From Alphaproteobacteria bacterium (GTDB taxonomy: Bacteria; Pseudomonadota; Alphaproteobacteria; GCA-2731375): a DNA stretch of 64,000 nucleotides. The stretch is from NCBI GenBank assembly GCA_965225945.1, contig CBDDBZ010000038.1:448001-512000 (forward strand). The letters are read 5' to 3'. Position numbers and translations under genes: made by a program. The notes below the pieces were generated by a model that had not been told where the DNA came from, made no database searches, and was given only the letters and a program-made list of their open reading frames with translations. This document shows, piece by piece, positions 1 to 13,883 of the stretch. How positions within the stretch are numbered: position 1 is the stretch's first letter; each line of letters begins with the position of its first letter.

Positions 1-315
1 GTCCGCCTGGCGCTCGGCCAGGTCGACGCCCTGATCGTGCCGACCGCGCCGATGCCGTCACCCCGGCTGGCGGACGTCGGACTCGGCGACGACGAACGGA
101 TGGTGGCGCTGGTCATGAAGATTTCCGCCATGACGCGGCCGATCAACTTCCTCGGCCTGCCGTCGCTCTCCGTCCCTTGCGGCTTCACCGAGGCCGGCCT
201 GCCCATGGCCTTCCAGTTGATCGGCCGTCCCTTTGCCGAGGCGACCCTGTTCCGTCTCGGTCATGCCTACCAGGAAGCGACGGGCTGGTGGCGCCGGCTT
301 CCCGAGCTGCCCTGA
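1..315 (+). CDS. amidase signature family protein, C-terminal part (truncated by window edge)
   Basis: Frame is open from base 1: VDALIVPTAP...NFLGLPSLSVPCGF...GLPMAFQLIGRPFAEATLFRLGHAYQ is a typical amidase/GatA-family C-terminus. Confidence 0.85.
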   Translation, partial: VRLALGQVDALIVPTAPMPSPRLADVGLGDDERMVALVMKISAMTRPINFLGLPSLSVPCGFTEAGLPMAFQLIGRPFAEATLFRLGHAYQEATGWWRRLPELP

Positions 316-343
316 AACTCGAAAACAGCTGAGGATTTCGTCC

Positions 344-1555
344 ATGACCAACGCCGAGGGCGCCCGCCCGCTGCAGGGTATCCGTGTCGTCGATGCCGCG
401 ACCTTCATCGCAGCACCCTTCTGCGCCACCCTGCTGGCGGAATTCGGCGCCGAGGTGATCAAGGTGGAGTTACCGGGCGTGGGCGATCCGCTGCGTCGCT
501 TCGGCACCCGCACGGAGTGCGGCGAGACGCTGCCCTGGCTCAGTGAGTCGCGGAACAAGCGCTCCGTCACGCTCGATCTCCGCAAGCCCGAGGGCGCCGA
601 ACTCTTCAAGCGGCTGGTCGGCGAAAGCGACGTGCTCTGCGAGAACTTCCAGACCGGCACGTTGGAGGGCTGGGGCGTCGGCTGGGAGGTGCTGAGGGAG
701 GTCAATCCGGGCCTGGTGATGCTCAGGGTGACCGGTTACGGCCAGACGGGACCCTATGCCGGGCGGCCGGGCTTCGGGCGCATCGCCAACGCCTTCGGCG
801 GGCTCGCCTTCCTCGCCGGCTATCCCGACCGGCCGCCGGTGACGCCCGGGAGCGCGACGCTGCCCGACTATATGTCCGGCCTCTTTGGCGCCTTCGGCGT
901 GCTGATGGCGCTGCGTGCGCGCGATTCCTCGGGCACCGGCCAGTACATCGACATCGGGCTCTACGAATCGATCTTCCGCGTTCTCGACGAGCTGGCGCCG
1001 AGATATGATCTGACCGGTTTCGTCCGCCAGCGCATGGGGCCCGGCACGGTCAACACGGTGCCGCACAGCCACTACCCGACCAAGGACGATTCCTGGATCG
1101 CGATCGCCTGCACCAGCGACAAGATCTTCGCCCGTCTCGCCGTGCTGATGGGCCAGGGCGAGCTCGCGGGCGAGGGCCGCTTCGGCACCATCGACCGGCG
1201 CCAGGCCGAGCGGGAAGAAGTGGACGCCCTGGTGACGGCGTGGACCCGGGAGCGCAACCGCGACGAGATCCTGACGCTGTGCGAGGCGGCGCAAGTGCCA
1301 TGCGGGCCGATCTACGGCATCGACGAGATTTTCGAGGATCCGCATTTCGCCGCGCGCGGGAACATCGACTTCGTCGAGGACGAGCGGATCGGCAAGCTGG
1401 CTTTTCCGAACGTGGTGCCCCGGTTGAGCGCGACGCCCGGCGGCATCGACCGGCTGGGCCCATCGCTCGGCGAGGCGGTCGACGACGTCTATGGGCGGAT
1501 TCTGGGGCTGGCCGAGGATGAGATCGCTGCCTTGCGCGAGAAGGGCGTGATCTGA
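344..1555 (+). CDS. CaiB/BaiF family III CoA-transferase
   Basis: PLQGIRVVD, AAPFCATLLAEFGAEVIKVE, RNKRSVTLDLR and TGYGQTGPYAGRPGFG motifs; ATG at 344. Confidence 0.93.
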   Translation: MTNAEGARPLQGIRVVDAATFIAAPFCATLLAEFGAEVIKVELPGVGDPLRRFGTRTECGETLPWLSESRNKRSVTLDLRKPEGAELFKRLVGESDVLCENFQTGTLEGWGVGWEVLREVNPGLVMLRVTGYGQTGPYAGRPGFGRIANAFGGLAFLAGYPDRPPVTPGSATLPDYMSGLFGAFGVLMALRARDSSGTGQYIDIGLYESIFRVLDELAPRYDLTGFVRQRMGPGTVNTVPHSHYPTKDDSWIAIACTSDKIFARLAVLMGQGELAGEGRFGTIDRRQAEREEVDALVTAWTRERNRDEILTLCEAAQVPCGPIYGIDEIFEDPHFAARGNIDFVEDERIGKLAFPNVVPRLSATPGGIDRLGPSLGEAVDDVYGRILGLAEDEIAALREKGVI

Positions 1556-1667
1556 GCCGGCGGCCTCAGGGCGGGCCGGCCCCAGCAGTCGGGCGAAAGT
1601 TCACGCGGGCGTGGATTCGAGTTAGAGTGAATGGGCCGTAACGGCAACACATCGACGGGAGGCGATC

Positions 1668-2994
1668 ATGAACCAACGAGAATTCACCAGGCGGATAGTG
1701 CTGCGATACAGCGCGGCGGCGATTACGGCCGCCGCGGCAGGCGCGATACCGGGCGTTTCGGCGTCCCAGGCCAGCGGTCTCAAGCTCTGGGCGGCGGTGG
1801 TGCACAAGGTCGGCGCCAAGGACTGGAGTGCCATGGCGGCGCAGGCCGGCATCGAGATCGCCTACACGACCAAGAGCGCGCGGGCCGACGAGGCGATCCA
1901 GAAGATGGTGGTCGGCGACGGCAACAAGCTGTTCGACGCGATGACCGACAACGGCGGCGGGATGGAGGACGCGCTCGCCTCGCAGGGCGTCATCGTGCCG
2001 CTCGATACCTCGAAGATCCCCAACTGGAGCAACATCCTGCCGACCTACAAGGAGGGCGCTTCGCGGCGGACACCATCCGTTACAAGGGCAAGGTATTCGC
2101 CACGCCGATGATCTCCAACGCCGATTCCCTGGCTTACGACTTCAAGGTGCTGGGATTTCACCCCGATAGCTGGGGCGTGATGTGCCGACCTACAAGGAGG
2201 GCGGCTTCGCGGCGGACACCATCCGTTACAAGGGCAAGGTATTCGCCACGCCGATGATCTCCAACGCCGATTCCCTGGCTTACGACTTCAAGGTGCTGGG
2301 ATTTCACCCCGATAGCTGGGGCGTGATGTTCGATTCCCAATTCAAGGGTCGGGTGGCGCTGCAGAACGATTTCGGCCCCACCCTCACCAACATGGCGATC
2401 TACCTCAAGGAAAGCGGCAAGATCGAGATCAAGGACGCCTCCGACATGTTGCCGAAGGAAGTCAAGGCGGTTTGCCAGTTCCTCATCGACTACAAGAAGA
2501 AGGGACAGTTCCGCACCTTCTGGGACGGCTTTCAGAACGGCGTCGGGATCCTGACCAGTGGCGAGGTGGTGATGTCGTCGTGCTGGGAACCGGTGCAGAT
2601 CGTCGCCAACAAGAAGACCGGCGACAAGGCCGACATCCGCTACGGCACCATGAAGGAGGGGCATCAGGCCTGGAACAACGTCATCATGCTGACCAAGGGT
2701 GCTGCGTCGCGCGGCGCGGAAGACCTCTATTACAAGCTGGCCAACGTCTATCTTTCGCCCTGGTTCGGCGCGCGCACGCTGGCCGGGCTCGGCTTCGGGC
2801 CGCAGATGGTCGGCGTCAACAAATACATCGAGGACAACCCCGACGACTTCTCGGCCGCCGAGCGAGCCCGCGTGCTCGAGATCCTGAAAGCCAAGGAGGT
2901 GCGCTACGCGGTCAAGGGTAACGCCTGGCAGAACGTCTTTCCGACCCATATCCGCGATTACCAGGACTGGTGGGCCCGGTTGCAGGCCGCCTGA
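1668..2994 (+). CDS. PotD/PotF-like ABC substrate-binding protein with Tat-like signal, split by a ~145-bp tandem duplication (probable assembly artefact)
   Basis: N-terminal TRRIVL twin-arginine signal, PLDTSKIPNWSNI and SWGVMFDSQFKGRVAL motifs; ORFs 1668-2111 and 2182-2994 join if one copy is removed. Confidence 0.8.
2038..2328. repeat. tandem duplication, 145 bp + 146 bp
   Basis: 2038-2182 and 2183-2328 are identical except that copy 1 lacks one G (GAGGGCGCTTC vs GAGGGCGGCTTC). Confidence 0.95.
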
Positions 2995-3000
2995 TCGGCG

Positions 3001-3942
3001 ATGGACGCGGCCACGCCCGAGACGAAGGGCACGCGCATGCAGGGAGGTCGGGGCGACCCGGCCTCCCCCGGCGCGTGGCGCCGCCTCGTCGGCGAGAACG
3101 GGCTGCAGAAGTGGGTGTTCTATCTGCCGGCCGTCTTCATGGTGGTATTCCTCGCAATTCCGACGGCGTTGACGTTCGTCTGGAGCTTCTTCGTGCGGAC
3201 GACGTTTTGGATGGAGCCGGGCTTCACGCTCTTCGCCTATGAGAACTTCTTCACCTCGGCCAGGGCCGAGAATTTCCTCTATTCGATGATGCACTCCGCC
3301 TGGGCGGTGGTCATCAGCTTCGCCATCGGCTTCCCGATCGCGGTCTTCGTGCGCCGTCGGGTGCCTCAGGCGGCGCAGCACCGGGTCGTGCTCCTGTTTA
3401 TTCTGCCCTTTATGATCTCCGAGCTGGTGCGCGTCTTCGCCATGCGGCCGGTGCTGGGCCGTTACGGCATCATCAACAACTTGCTGATGGACATCGGCCT
3501 GATTTCAGAGCCGATCTCGGTGATCCTGTTCTCGCCGTTAGGCGTCGTCATCGGCGATGTGTTGTCGTTCCTGCCCTTCATGGTGTTTTCGGGTTTTCTG
3601 GCCATGGAAGCGGTGCAACGCTACGTCTTCGAGGTCTGCGACGATCTCGGCGCCGGGACGGTGCGGACGATGCGGGACGTGATCATCCCGCTCGCCGCAC
3701 CCGGAATCTTCGCGGGCAGCGTCTTCATCTTCGTCAACGGCCTGGGTCAGGCGCTGGTTCCGATCATTCTGGGCGGCCCGGGTGCGGTCAACGCCGGCCT
3801 GATCGCCAACCAGGCGATCACTGCCTTGGACTTTCCGCTCGCCATGGCAATCAGCGCGATCATGATTCTGACCCTGATCGTGCTGCTCTACATCGGGCAC
3901 CGCTTGTTCGATCTGACCAAGATTCTGCAGCCGATAAGCTGA
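3001..3942 (+). CDS. ABC transporter permease (PotB-like)
   Basis: Multiple TM segments; LGRYGIINNLL; EAA-like loop EVCDDLGA...IIPLAAPGI. Confidence 0.9.
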   Translation: MDAATPETKGTRMQGGRGDPASPGAWRRLVGENGLQKWVFYLPAVFMVVFLAIPTALTFVWSFFVRTTFWMEPGFTLFAYENFFTSARAENFLYSMMHSAWAVVISFAIGFPIAVFVRRRVPQAAQHRVVLLFILPFMISELVRVFAMRPVLGRYGIINNLLMDIGLISEPISVILFSPLGVVIGDVLSFLPFMVFSGFLAMEAVQRYVFEVCDDLGAGTVRTMRDVIIPLAAPGIFAGSVFIFVNGLGQALVPIILGGPGAVNAGLIANQAITALDFPLAMAISAIMILTLIVLLYIGHRLFDLTKILQPIS

Positions 3943-3946
3943 CGCC

Positions 3947-4837
3947 ATGATGGACGACTACAGCAGCGCCTGGACCTATCGGCTGAAATGGGCCTATCTG
4001 CTCGCCGTGCTGGGCGCCTTGCTAATGCCCACCTTCTACATCATTTACATTTCCTTCAACGAACACGGCTTCGGCGCCCGGATCTACGAGTTCACCTTCG
4101 ATTGGTATGTCGTCGTTCTGGGCGACACCATGCTGGTGGCGTCCTTGAAGTGGACCGCGTACCTGGCCGGCGCGGCGGTCGTGATCGTGGTGCCGATGGC
4201 GTTGCTGTCGGCCAAGTTCTACAAGCGGACGCGCTTCAAGGTCGCCTTCGTGACCTTGATGCTGTTCCCGCTCTTCATCCCGGCCGACATCATGGCCTCC
4301 AACCTGCTGGTCTATTTCCGCCAGCTGAACGGGTTCTTCACGTTTCTCGGCGAAAGCCTCGGCGCCGAGTGGCTGACCCATTGGTTCGAACTCGGCTTCA
4401 CCACCGCGCTGATCGGCCAGGTGCTCTACACCGTGCCTTATGCCTTCATCATCATTCTGATCACCATGTCGCGCTACCGCGAACAGCAGACGGAGGCGGC
4501 GCGGGCCTGCGGCGCCACCGCCTGGCAGGCCTTCTGGCAGGTCGAATTTCCGCAGATCCGGGTCGGCATCTTCAGCGCCTGCGCCTTCGTCACCATCCTG
4601 TCGTTCAACGAAGCGGTTCGGACCGCGATGCTGAAGGGCGGCTTCGACACCTTTTCCAACGTGCTGGTCTCGCAGATGCTGAACGTCGGCATGTCGGAGG
4701 AATCCTACGCCATGGCCGGGACCATGAGCATGGTCTCGATGCTGGTGATCGGCTCGATCATCGTCTACACCCTGATCCGCGCCGAACGCCTGGAGCGAAT
4801 TCAGCGGGCCAAGGCCGCGCCCGTGATGTCCAGCTAG
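3947..4837 (+). CDS. ABC transporter permease (PotC-like)
   Basis: FTFDWY; EAARACGATAWQAFWQVEFP EAA loop; LSFNE. Confidence 0.9.
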   Translation: MMDDYSSAWTYRLKWAYLLAVLGALLMPTFYIIYISFNEHGFGARIYEFTFDWYVVVLGDTMLVASLKWTAYLAGAAVVIVVPMALLSAKFYKRTRFKVAFVTLMLFPLFIPADIMASNLLVYFRQLNGFFTFLGESLGAEWLTHWFELGFTTALIGQVLYTVPYAFIIILITMSRYREQQTEAARACGATAWQAFWQVEFPQIRVGIFSACAFVTILSFNEAVRTAMLKGGFDTFSNVLVSQMLNVGMSEESYAMAGTMSMVSMLVIGSIIVYTLIRAERLERIQRAKAAPVMSS

Positions 4838-4863
4838 TGTCGAGAAGCATCGGGTGGCGTCGA

Positions 4864-5961
4864 ATGAACGAGGGTCCTGATTTCGCCGTCGAGGTCGCCG
4901 GGCTCTCCAAAGCTTATGGATCGGTGGTCGCGCTCAAGTCGATCGATCTCGCCATCGAGAGCGGCCGTTATTTCGTCCTGCTGGGCCCCAGCGGCGGCGG
5001 CAAGACCACGCTTCTGCGCCTGATCGGCGGCTTCATCCGCCCGAGCGCCGGGCGGATCATGCTGCACGGCCGGGATGTCGGCAGGCTGGCCCCGAACCAT
5101 CGCCCCACCACCATGGTGTTCCAGAGCTACGCCCTCTTCCCGCACATGAACGTCGAGAAGAATGTCGGCTACGGGTTGCGCCTGCGGAAGCTGCCGAAGG
5201 CTGAAATTCGCGACACGGTCGCTAGGATGCTGGCCCTGGTGAGCCTCGAGGGCTATGGCGAGCGTATGCCGCACGAGCTCTCGGGCGGACAGCAGCAACG
5301 GGTACAGCTCGCCCGCTCGCTGGTGCTGGAAGCCGACATCCTCTTGCTGGACGAACCGCTGGCCTCGCTCGACGCCAAGCTCAGAAAGGACATGTGCCTG
5401 GAACTGAAGCGGATCCAGGAGCAGGTCGGCATCACCTTCGTCCACGTCACCCACAACCAGGAAGAGGCGATGACGATCGGCGACCGCATCGCCCTCATCG
5501 CCGACGGCGAGCTGGTCGAGGAAGGCAGCGCGCGAGACGTCTACGAGCGTCCCCGCCGCCGCTTCACCGCCGACTTCATCGGCGAGAACAACGTCCTCGA
5601 CGGCCGTGTAGCGGCGGTCGGCGACGGCGAGGTGACGCTCGACATCGGCGGCGCCACGGCGCGGGTCGCGCGGAGCGGTGCCATGGTGGCGGAGGGCGCG
5701 ACCGCCGCGTTCTCCATCCGCTCCGAGCGTTGCCGCCTGTTCCGCCCGGGCGAGACGGTGCCCGACGACTTTGAGGCGATTCCCGCGTCCTTCATCGAGG
5801 AGAGATACGTCGGATTGACGATTTCCCGTCTCGCCCGCTTGGCCGACGGAAGGGAAGTTCTGGTCCGCGAGTTCGCCACCGACGAACCCGACCGCCTGGT
5901 CTCGGGCGACGAAGTCCAGTTCTGCTGGCGGGTCGCGGACGCCCGCCTGCATCTCGACTGA
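4864..5961 (+). CDS. ABC transporter ATP-binding protein (PotA-like, TOBE domain)
   Basis: Walker A GPSGGGKTT, VFQSYALFPHMNV, LSGGQQQR, LLLDEPL, VTHNQEEA. Confidence 0.95.
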   Translation: MNEGPDFAVEVAGLSKAYGSVVALKSIDLAIESGRYFVLLGPSGGGKTTLLRLIGGFIRPSAGRIMLHGRDVGRLAPNHRPTTMVFQSYALFPHMNVEKNVGYGLRLRKLPKAEIRDTVARMLALVSLEGYGERMPHELSGGQQQRVQLARSLVLEADILLLDEPLASLDAKLRKDMCLELKRIQEQVGITFVHVTHNQEEAMTIGDRIALIADGELVEEGSARDVYERPRRRFTADFIGENNVLDGRVAAVGDGEVTLDIGGATARVARSGAMVAEGATAAFSIRSERCRLFRPGETVPDDFEAIPASFIEERYVGLTISRLARLADGREVLVREFATDEPDRLVSGDEVQFCWRVADARLHLD

Positions 5962-6200
5962 ATCACCGCGCCCGGGCCACCGCGTCGAGCGCCATCAGCG
6001 CGGCGGCGAAGCTCTGTCGCAAGCCGTTGACGGAGAGATAGCCCTCGGCGCCGCACCCGCCCCCGGCTGATGTCCTCTTCCTCCTCAGGTTCGGACCTCC
6101 CGCCCGTGGAGAAAAGGTCGAAGACCCGCCGGCGCCTGCCTCGGGCGGCGCCGGGGCTGTCATTTTGACCTCTCGGGCGTCCTCTCGGGCGCGCCGATGC

Positions 6201-9824
<3,624 letters not shown>

Positions 9825-9828
<4 letters not shown>

Positions 9829-10943
9829 ACGCGAATCGGCATCAGCACGTAGAGTGCGCTGCCGTCCTCGGAATCCTGAATGATCGTCGGCGAGCCGGCG
9901 TCGGCGAGCTTGAAGCTGGCGCTTTGCCCGTCGATCTGTTCGGCGATGTCCATCAGGTATCGGAAATTGAAGCCGATCTCCATCTCTCCGCCGGCGAAGG
10001 CCACGGGCATCTCCTCAGTGGCGCTACCGGCCTCGGGACTGTTGGCGGAAAGCGTCAGCTTGTCCGGGGAGAGCGCCAGCTTCACCGCGCGCGTTTTCTC
10101 CGAGCTTATGGTGGCCACCCGGTCGACAGCGGTCACCAGCTCCCGGCTGTCGACTTCCATCACCTTGTCGTTGCCCTCGGGAATGACCCGTTCGTAGTCG
10201 GGAAAGGTGCCGTCGATCAGCTTCGAGGTCATCACCACGGACTCGATGGCGAAGCGGATCCGCGTCTCGCTGAGCGAGACGTCGACGGTGCCGTCGTTGT
10301 CTTCCAGCAGCTTCACGACCTCCAGCACCGCCTTCCTGGGCACAATGACGTCCGCCATGTCCTTGGCGCCTTCGGGCAGCGGCAGCTCGACCCGGGCGAG
10401 ACGGTGGCCGTCGGTGGCCACGGCGCGAATCACCGCGACGCCGTCGAGTTCCTTCACGTGCAGGTAGATGCCGTTCAGGTAATAGCGGGTCTCCTCGGTC
10501 GAGATGGCGAAGCGGGTCTTCTCGATCAGCCGCTTCAGATCGCCCGCCTGGATTTGGAAGCGATGCGGCAGCTCGTCCTCCGACATCGCCGGGAAATCCT
10601 CCCTGGGCAGGCAGGCCAGCGCGAAGCTGGAGCGTCCCGCCACGAGCGCCAGGCGGCCGGTCTCGCTGGAATAGTCGAGGCTCACCTGGGCGCCGTCGGG
10701 GAGCTTGCGCACGATGTCGTGGAGCATGTGCGCCGATACCGTGGTGGCGCCGGTGGCGTGGACGTCGGCCGGTGCCTCCTCGACGATGGCGATGTCCAGA
10801 TCCGTCGTGGTCAGGCGCAGGCGATCCACCTCCGCCGCCAACAGCACGTTGGAAAGAATCGGTATCGTGCTGCGGCGCTCGACCACGCTCTGGACGTGTC
10901 CGAGGGAGCGGAGGAGGGCGCCGCGTTCAATCGTCAGCTTCAT
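9825..10943 (-). CDS. dnaN: DNA polymerase III beta sliding clamp
   Basis: MKLTIER...TIPILSNVLL, EETRYYLNG, ATDGHRL, SKLIDGTFPDY, YVLMPIRV; ATG at 10943. Confidence 0.97.
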
Positions 10944-11138
10944 CGTTTTCCAAGCCGAAACAATTTCTCTTGATGCTGGAGCGAGCCGCTCGCCGATAGT
11001 GCGACGGCGAGGCCCGCGCCACGGCCGCGAGTCTAGCAGAAGCATGCCCGCGCCGCACCCTCCGCGAGCGCTAGTGCGCGGTGGCGGGGTGGTCGATTCA
11101 ATGCCCGCTTCGGATGTGGCGCCTGCCCGGTCCGAGAT

Positions 11139-11408
11139 TAGCCCGCATTTCTCACCGTGCCCATGGCCTCAGCGTCGCTGTCGACCCGACAGGGCAGGAG
11201 CGCCGCGCCGCGCGATGTGGGTCATCGGGCAAGCGACGCGACGCACCCTGTCGGGCCGACAGCGACGCCCAGGGGGTCGACCTGGGCCGGCCGCCCGCCG
11301 TGTCGAAGGCCTTCACCGTAGGCCCCGCTACGCTTTCAGGCCTTCTCCTTGCGGATCGACTCGGCCCAGGTCGACTGAGGCCGTGGGCACGGTGAGAAAT
11401 ACGGGCTA
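11139..11408. mobile_element. 270-bp MITE-like palindromic element with 34-bp terminal inverted repeats and nested internal stems
   Basis: 11139-11172 pairs with 11375-11408 (32/34); inner stems 11172-11194/11246-11268 (22/23) and 11276-11289/11362-11375; TA at both ends. Confidence 0.7.
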
Positions 11409-11932
11409 GGGCGTGGGCGTCCGCCGGACGCCCGGGGGAGCACCCGGCGGAGCAGCGTCATGGTCGCTGTGTGGATCGCCGGCGCCTCGCTCGCCCGGGG
11501 GCCGGCGACGTTGAGCCGGGCAATTCCGTGGCGTGCGAGAAAACCGCGCGCCAGGCGCGTCGCGTTCGGCGCCGTCGGGTCCAGCACCAGGAGCGGGCGC
11601 CCGAGCGCCCGGGCGACGAGAACGGTCAGCCGCGTACCGCCCCGGGCGCGGCCTGCAAGTAGGATCAAGGTTCCCTCGCTGTCACGAACGTTGAGGTGGG
11701 TGCGCAGCGCCACGTGGCGTGCCGGTGCCGGGCGCAAGCGGTAGCCGGGATCGATCGGCCCGTCCTCGGCCCAGCGTCCGGCCGGGCACCAGCCGCCATG
11801 CGCCAAGCCGAGCTCGATGGCGCAATCGAGCGCGGCGCGGTCGACGCCGCTCTGGCCGCCGGAGACGATCCGCGCGGGGCCAAGGTAAGGCTGCGAGCGT
11901 CGTCGATAGCCAAGCTCGGGAGACTTCGCCAT
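11336..11932 (-). CDS. putative molybdenum-carrier / circularly permuted YpsA (SLOG) family protein
   Basis: IVSGGQSGVDRAALD, GGWCPAGRWAEDG, RTHLNVRDSEGTL, LNVAGPRAS; start is uncertain and the C-terminus runs into the palindromic element. Confidence 0.8.
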   Translation of the reverse strand: MAKSPELGYRRRSQPYLGPARIVSGGQSGVDRAALDCAIELGLAHGGWCPAGRWAEDGPIDPGYRLRPAPARHVALRTHLNVRDSEGTLILLAGRARGGTRLTVLVARALGRPLLVLDPTAPNATRLARGFLARHGIARLNVAGPRASEAPAIHTATMTLLRRVLPRASGGRPRPSPYFSPCPRPQSTWAESIRKEKA

Positions 11933-12073
11933 GACCGTCACGATCCACCACAATTCGCGCCAGACCTCGGCGCTGCTTCGCTCGGCGCGCGGAGATGGTC
12001 AGGCTGACCCGGCGGCCCGAGCCTCGGCCGAGAAGGACACCATGATCGCGCCACCGCCTCGCTCCGGCCCGCT

Positions 12074-13852
12074 TCAAGCCGGACGGAAATCGCGGAACAC
12101 GTCCGAGGTGGCCTCGACGGCGGCGACGATCTCGCCGTCGAGCACGGCGGTGGCGAGGCGCGCGAGGTCCGGCGCCAAGGGGCAATCCGCCTCAACCACC
12201 GGAAAGTGGCGGCCGACGACCGCCAGCACTGCCTCCGAGACGTCGGAGAGGCGCCGCTCCTCCGGGGATAGGGGATGCCATTCCTTGATCGCCTTGGCGT
12301 CGCCCGAGCCCTCCCTCGGCGCGCGCGAGGGGATCGCCGCCATCTCCTTGCGAATCGCCGCCGCCTGGGCCGCGAAGGCGAGCTCGATCGCCAACAACTC
12401 GGCGAGTCTGGGCAGCATCTCGTAGGCACGGAGCGCCACGTTGGCGGCCATGGAGACGTGGTCCTCCTGGCCCGAGTCGGTGGACAGCGAGAACAGATGG
12501 CTCGGCATCGCCTGGCCCCAGAGCCAGTTCACCAGGCCGGCGCTGGTGTATTCGGCGAGCATCATCGAGGATTGCAGGGACTGGCGGCGCTCGATCTTGG
12601 CCCGCGCGCCCGCGTCGATGCCGGAGATCTCCTCCGGCGGCACCCGGCCGGGCCATTTCAGTTGCGGACCCAGGCCCTTGTTGCGATCGGCGTCGACGTA
12701 GCGCTGCGCCCGGGTGTTGGAGAGCCGGGCGATGATCGCCGCGGCCTGGATCAGGCCATAGACGTCGACCGCGATCGGCATGCCATGGAAGTGGCCACCG
12801 CTGACGACCTCGACGTATTTGCCGAAGAAATCGCTCTCCCGCGCGATGTGGGAGTCCTTGGTCGCCATCAGGACGACCGGATTGTCGGTGACGCTCTTGG
12901 CCTCGATTTCGATGGTCTGTTCCGAGCGCCAGACCAGTTCCAGGCAGGGCCCCAGGATCTGCACCGCGCAGCGCAGGTCGTAGGGGTCCTGGATCTCGCC
13001 GTCGATGTCGAAGGGGCGGTGCGCTTCGCGCAGGCGCGAGCCCGACATCAGCCGCAGCACCGCGCGCGCCACCTCAGCACTGCCCTTGTGCTGGCGCAGG
13101 CGGTGGAGGTCCTGGCGGAACGGCGTGTCGGCCCCCAGCATCACCTGCGCCGCCAGCGTCGTCGCGACCGTCGCGGTTTCGACCAGGCGATACATGCCGT
13201 GGGTCGCCAAGGCCGCGAGCGCGGTCGAATACTGGACGCCGTTGTTGAGGGCCAGCCCCTCCTTTATCTCGAGCTCGAGTGGTTCGAGCCCCGCGCGTGC
13301 CAGCGCCTCGGCGGCCGGCAGGCGTTCGGGCGTCGTCGCCCCCGGCTCGCCGAAGAAGGCCTCGCCCTCGCCCATCAGGCCTAGCGCGACATGGCTGAGG
13401 GGCGCCAGATCGCCGCTGGCGGAAACACTGCCGAGGCTCGGCACCAGCGGCGTCACGCCCCGGTTCAAGGCGTCGACCAACCGGCTCACCAGCACCGAGC
13501 GGACGGCGCTGTAACCCTGGGCGAGCGACTTGGCGCGGAGCAGCATGGTGGCGCGAACCACCTCGATCGGCGCCGGCGGGCCGACGCCGGCCGCGTGGCT
13601 GCGAATCAGATTTTCTTGCAGCGGTCCCAGATCCTCGCCCGCCACGCGGTCGCGCACGTTGCTGCCGAAGCCGCGGTTGAAACCGTAGGCCGGCTCCGCC
13701 GTCTCGCGGATATAGGCCTCGACGTCGGCGCGGCGGTGATCCAGGAGCTCGAGCGTCGCCGGCTCGACCTCCACCGGGGCGCCGCGCGCCGCGCGGACGA
13801 TGTCGTCGAGCGTCAGGTTGTCGCGATGGTCGATCCGGACCGGCCGCGCCAT
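12074..13852 (-). CDS. hutH: MIO-dependent aromatic amino acid ammonia-lyase, histidine ammonia-lyase-like
   Basis: MIO tripeptide in SVSASGDLAPLSH; NLIRSHAAG (HAL-type SH); QEDHVSM; KEGLALNNG. Confidence 0.8.
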   Translation of the reverse strand: MARPVRIDHRDNLTLDDIVRAARGAPVEVEPATLELLDHRRADVEAYIRETAEPAYGFNRGFGSNVRDRVAGEDLGPLQENLIRSHAAGVGPPAPIEVVRATMLLRAKSLAQGYSAVRSVLVSRLVDALNRGVTPLVPSLGSVSASGDLAPLSHVALGLMGEGEAFFGEPGATTPERLPAAEALARAGLEPLELEIKEGLALNNGVQYSTALAALATHGMYRLVETATVATTLAAQVMLGADTPFRQDLHRLRQHKGSAEVARAVLRLMSGSRLREAHRPFDIDGEIQDPYDLRCAVQILGPCLELVWRSEQTIEIEAKSVTDNPVVLMATKDSHIARESDFFGKYVEVVSGGHFHGMPIAVDVYGLIQAAAIIARLSNTRAQRYVDADRNKGLGPQLKWPGRVPPEEISGIDAGARAKIERRQSLQSSMMLAEYTSAGLVNWLWGQAMPSHLFSLSTDSGQEDHVSMAANVALRAYEMLPRLAELLAIELAFAAQAAAIRKEMAAIPSRAPREGSGDAKAIKEWHPLSPEERRLSDVSEAVLAVVGRHFPVVEADCPLAPDLARLATAVLDGEIVAAVEATSDVFRDFRPA

Positions 13853-13883
13853 CGCCTGGCGCCTTGGCCGCGGGCCGTCTGCC

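Noticed and set aside
11336-11932. SLOG protein as part of a defence or conflict system
   Set aside because: No neighbouring effector, nuclease, TIR or ADP-ribosylation genes in the window
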